From Eledone cirrhosa (Eukaryota): a stretch of 64,000 nucleotides of DNA. The notes beneath the pieces are model-generated. The model ran no database searches. It was not told the origin of the DNA and saw only the letters and a list, made by a program, of their open reading frames with translations. The stretch is from the NCBI GenBank assembly GCA_964016885.1, contig OZ024741.1, positions 116,932,001 through 116,996,000 on the forward strand, in the 5' to 3' direction. Position 1 is the first letter of the stretch. Each line of letters begins with the position of its first letter. The position numbers and the translations under genes were made by a program. This document shows, one piece after another, positions 58,011-64,000 of the stretch.

Positions 58011-58055
58011 AATATTGCTGATGAGATGTAATAACATCGAAACTAGTCCAATATT
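58011..58055 (+). ncRNA. Canonical minimal type I hammerhead
   Basis: AATATTG-CTGATGA-GATGT-AATA-ACATC-GAAA-CTAG-TC-CAATATT. Perfect stems I and II, G10.1-C11.1 pair, GUC site, palindromic ACTAGT stem III. Confidence 0.9.
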
Positions 58056-58595
58056 CCTGTCTGGCCCTCTGGAGAATAGAGGAAATGTGTTTCCTTGAAA
58101 ACTCGTATGACTCTAAAACCCGGTCCGTCTGTGTGGTTACATACAGACTAGCTGACACTCACTGTAAAGTGTCTAGTGAAAAACTCAGTACATGTACATA
58201 TGTATACATGTGTGTATTTATATGCATACTAATACTTCCGTATACATATGTAGATGTACACTTTAACTTAATTGTTTAAGCGTCAGTCATACAAAAGTGA
58301 GTTAGAAGCGAAACGAAATTTAATTTCGTTTCGTTATTTGTTTTTATATATAGAGAGATTTACATATATATGTGTGTGTGTAGAGAGAGGGGGGTGAGAG
58401 AGAGGGATACATACATAAATGTTCTTTATCATCATGTCGTGTTGAGAAAGAGATGTGTATGTATTTATGTATGTACGTATCTCTGTGTATTAATATATGT
58501 ATATGTATATATACATATACATACATATATATATATTTTTATATATATATATACGATATTAAATAAATGGAAACTATATTTATAAAACCATATTT

Positions 58596-58659
58596 ATTTC
58601 ATTATATATATTTCAGGGATATCATATTAACAATATGCTATGCCTTCCTCAGACAAAAT
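58596..58659 (-). ncRNA. Minimal type I hammerhead (family A variant)
   Basis: Mirror of 56867-56930. Confidence 0.8.
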
Positions 58660-58886
58660 ACAATATAAACAGTTTTATAGATAAATAGATTTGACATACC
58701 GTACAACAACGACTTGTATTTGAAAAGTTGAATTGGCAGTGAAAAAATTGTACACAGGGAGAAAGAAAGAGAGAAAAAGGAAAGAAAGACAGAAAACGTA
58801 AATATACTCCAAATACTTGTCGAGTGCTTTTATATCAGTTATAAATATTTACTCGTTGTAACCCAACAATTTAAATATAACTTTCC

Positions 58887-58964
<78 letters not shown>

Positions 58965-59004
58965 ATATTCAATAAATGGAAACTATATTTATAAAACCAT
59001 ATTT

Positions 59005-59066
59005 ATTTTATTATATATATTTCAAGGGTACCAAGACAACATTGGTACGCTTTCATCAGATAAAAT
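59005..59066 (-). ncRNA. Minimal type I hammerhead (family A)
   Basis: Mirror of 56474-56535. Confidence 0.85.
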
Positions 59067-59465
59067 CCAAAGTTTGTTTTATAAATAGAGACATACCCAT
59101 CAAAAACATACCTTATCGATTGGAAATTCACTGGATAGTGGAAATATATAAGGGATTATTCAAACTTATGTGTGAATATGCAAATGAATATGTAAATAAT
59201 TGAAAATAATTAATATATATATATATATATATATAAAATCCAATTTGAAAATCCAACGAACAGTTTTCCAAGAGATGTCAACATGAATGGACCTGTTATT
59301 TTTATCTAAATACATTTTTTCCAATTCCACCCTGTCCGTCTCTTCAATCTCTCTAATTCCACATACTTTCTTCTGATGAAGGTAGGTTAAGACCCTGATA
59401 TTTCCAGCGCTAACCTAATATATTCCTTCCATATACTGTACCGATTGTGTTATTTCTATCTACCC

Positions 59466-59588
<123 letters not shown>

Positions 59589-59912
59589 AAAGGATAACAG
59601 AGTCGGGTAAGACCGATACAGATCGGACCTTGAGCTGATCAGTGGCGAAACGAGCGTCACCTACCAATAATGAAGGAATATAACCAATCGTCCTTGTTAT
59701 CCTTTCAATATATTACACTCTGTATCGCTCTACACCTCAACACAGAAGTGAAACTGAACATCGAGTGCTCACCCGGGTGAACCTGCAGTAACTCCAAGTT
59801 ACACTCCCTATATATATATATATATAACAAAGGAATTGTGGTAAGGAACCAGATGGACCATAACGCACCAGAGTACTCAATACGTAGGGTAGTAGAGTGC
59901 GAAATACTTTTT

Positions 59913-59974
<62 letters not shown>

Positions 59975-60282
59975 GGGATTTCAGCTCCTGTCCAATTTAC
60001 TAAATCATGCCCCCACCCATATATTTATGGCTGAATGAAATGTTTGCAGAATACCTTACAGGTATTAACTTTGAAACAGAAAATACAATGGAAAAGACTA
60101 CCTCCATGCACAGACACATACACACGCACACACGTACACACATACACTCTCTCACACACACACACATACGCATATACACTTAGATACACACGTATATATA
60201 TATCTGTATGTATGTATATAAGTATTTATATATGCATATATATATATATATATATATAAATGTAGGCCACGTGCCTCCACAG

Positions 60283-60361
<79 letters not shown>

Positions 60362-60539
60362 CAGTGGCATTTTTAAAGCAGCCGAGTAATGCTGTTTAAT
60401 CCACTCCTGGCGTAGAACAACGATGTATTTCCGGTTTTGAAGCGACTTCCCTTCGAGGTGTTAAGCTGGTATCTTGTCGAACAAATATTAATATGGTAAA
60501 CGTGTGTGTCCCTCGTCATAAATGTGTGAGTCCCCCCCC

Positions 60540-60615
<76 letters not shown>

Positions 60616-60619
60616 GCAA

Positions 60620-60656
<37 letters not shown>

Positions 60657-60695
60657 AAGAGAGAAATGGTGGAAATATATATATATTTTTATATA

Positions 60696-60741
<46 letters not shown>

Positions 60742-60842
60742 TATGCGTGTGTAACTGAGACTGTATTGGTATAAGTAAACTGTAAAGTTTATTACGTTCC
60801 TTTACCGTAGTAGAGAAAAGTATATATAATTATAATACGTAC

Positions 60843-60952
<110 letters not shown>

Positions 60953-61467
60953 CACACACACTCATAATTGTAAAGAAGTGTGAAAGGAACAGCTACAGAA
61001 ATAGATTTACTTAAACATAAGAGGGAAGATTCTAACTCTTCTAATACTATAATGCGAGAAGATTTCTCTCTGGTTTGAGGAACATTTCATTAAACTGTTA
61101 TATTTGCAAAGTTCAATGTAACGCTACGTGTTAACGGATGTCTTTCCAGAAAGTACTAAATCTGTTTGTCTAAGGTGTATTAATGCTTGTTTGTGAGTGT
61201 GCGTTTAACACTCACCTGTATTTGTATATAAAAAGTGTGGTTGAGTTCTAAAGGCTTATGTTTATGTACAACTCTTTTACACACACACACATACACGCAC
61301 GCTCACACACACACGCACACACAGACACACACACACACACACACGGGTATATGTATATATATATATATATATACAAAAAAAATTAAGGGTGTCATGTCAG
61401 AGAGATATGCGCTATATCCACTGTAGAATATGCTCCAAGATTGCAATGAATAGATCCGAGCATTTTA

Positions 61468-61999
61468 TATCAAGTAGAAATTGATTGACATGTATATATC
61501 TAAAATAAACATATGAAACAATCACAGGGAATAATTTGTAAAAGTATGTAAGCACACATAGCTAGGTAGGTAACTAATTAAAGTTTAACTAGAACTTTAA
61601 ACATAGTTACCTTATAAATTGATTAATCTTCCTTGTATATATTTCATTAAAGAAATATATTTCACTATTAATCGATCGGTAAACCACAGTAGCCAAATCC
61701 CGGATTTTCAATAGATTTGAATTTGCTGTGTAAACACAGATAGTTAGATCTTCTCCCTTGTTGAAAATCCGGAATTTGGCTACTGTGGTTTACCGATCGA
61801 TTAATGGTGAAATGTATTTCTTTAATGAAATATATACAAGGGAGATTAATCAATTTATAAGGTATCTATTTTTAAAGTTCTAGTTAAACTTTAATTAGTT
61901 ACCTACCTAGGTATGTGTGCTTACACGCTTTTACAAATTATTCCCTGTGATTGTTTCATATGTTTATTTTAGATATATACATGTCAATCAATTTATAGT

Positions 62000-62003
<4 letters not shown>
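61468..62003. repeat. Fold-back element, about 245-bp arms, 48-bp spacer
   Basis: 61468-61712 is the reverse complement of 61760-62003, with scattered mismatches. Ends in (TA)n. Confidence 0.9.
61752..61845 (+). ncRNA. Atypical hammerhead-like motif (U3:A8, irregular domain II)
   Basis: TCTCCCTTG-TTGAAAA-[59 nt]-GAAA-TATA-TA-CAAGGGAGA. 9-bp stem I, but the stem II closing pair is unclear. Confidence 0.45.
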
Positions 62004-63263
<1,260 letters not shown>

Positions 63264-63330
63264 ACATATATATATAAGGATCATCCTTCCATGTTGAAGG
63301 GTCTTTGTCGAGGAAATCGGTACTGATAGA

Positions 63331-63800
63331 AAATCTCTACCGTGATCCCCGCCAGAAATGAATTCAAAAATGGCTAAGCATTATCACGTGGTTAGTAGTC
63401 AAGGTAGAAGGTTGTGATTGGTTGCCAGGCAGCGAGTAGGCTGGTTGCCAGAAAGCGCAGCCAGATACTATATATTTTATCTAATCATTCTTCAAACTTG
63501 CAATTTTATATATAGCTCTGATTAATAATTATTTGATTAATTAATTCTTTCATTGAACCACACCGTGAAAGGTAGCCACACTCATATATGTATCTGTTAC
63601 TATGTCTAAATATATACATATATCCCTATGAATTTAATATATACTCCCGTAAGGTAGAGTAACACTTTAGGCAGTATCTGGCTGCGCTTTCTAGCAACCA
63701 GCCTACTCGCCGCCTGGCAAACTTCTACCTTGACCACTAGCCACGTGATAATTTTAGCCATTTTTGAATTCATTTCTGGCGGGGATCACGGTAGAAATTT
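63331..63800. repeat. Family D inverted repeat (arms about 63331-63469 and 63673-63800)
   Basis: Reverse-complement arms with one indel. The spacer matches the 3' part of 28930-29420. Confidence 0.85.
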
Positions 63801-63815
63801 TAGTCCAAACTCGGG

Positions 63816-63903
63816 GTGTCACTTGATAAGCTCCAAGCCCCGTGGATAAATCCAGGATCGGATATATCCGCAAAAAAGGAGCGAAACTGCCGGCAGTCGG
63901 GAG
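63816..63903 (+). ncRNA. Hammerhead motif, U3:A8 variant (family D)
   Basis: TTGATAA-GCTCC...GGAGC-GAAA-CTGCCGGCAG-TC. Perfect palindromic stem III; stem I degenerate. Confidence 0.6.
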
Positions 63904-64000
63904 TAGAGGAATTTTGGCAAAGTTTATATGCATTTTTTCTTCTAACTTATATTTTAGACCTAACTCCGTTTAGTTGATTATTTGTGTAGTCAATTTCTAC

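Larger units (their letters stand above)
56329..59211. repeat. 2.9-kb palindrome: arms 56329-57693 and 57894-59211, 200-bp spacer
   Basis: The ORF track shows identical ORFs on opposite strands (for example 57429+ and 57940-). The arms differ in microsatellite lengths and a few substitutions. Confidence 0.93.

Noticed and set aside
59372-59400. CTGATGA-AGG...CCT-GATA
   Set aside because: GAAA is mutated and stems I and III are absent, so it was not counted.

Overview
AT-rich, microsatellite-saturated animal DNA. The (TA)n/(CA)n/(TATG)n tracts and the abundant tRNA-derived SINEs suggest an octopus or other cephalopod intergenic or intronic region; this species call is inference. No intact host gene is visible, and almost all ORF-track entries are microsatellite translations. 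Recognisable content: a CRE-clade non-LTR retrotransposon (RT plus restriction-like endonuclease, truncated) and a second rearranged fragment of it; a fossil R4/Dong-like element; RTE fragments; an RTE-type non-autonomous family embedded in (TATG)n; many SINEs; hAT and Tc1/mariner-type MITEs; and a 21-bp minisatellite of about 50 units. The most striking signal is roughly 20 minimal type I hammerhead-ribozyme motifs (CUGANGA...GAAA, palindromic stem III, NUH site) from several unrelated families. They show compensatory stem changes and U3:A8 core variants. Most sit in fold-back units inserted in (TA)n, including a 2.9-kb palindrome and a co-oriented triplet spaced about 370-395 nt apart. One unit is still attached to what looks like the C-terminal tip of a Penelope-like ORF. 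Together this points to a Penelope-like/retrozyme system. All coordinates were read by eye and may be off by a few bases; no database searches or folding programs were run.
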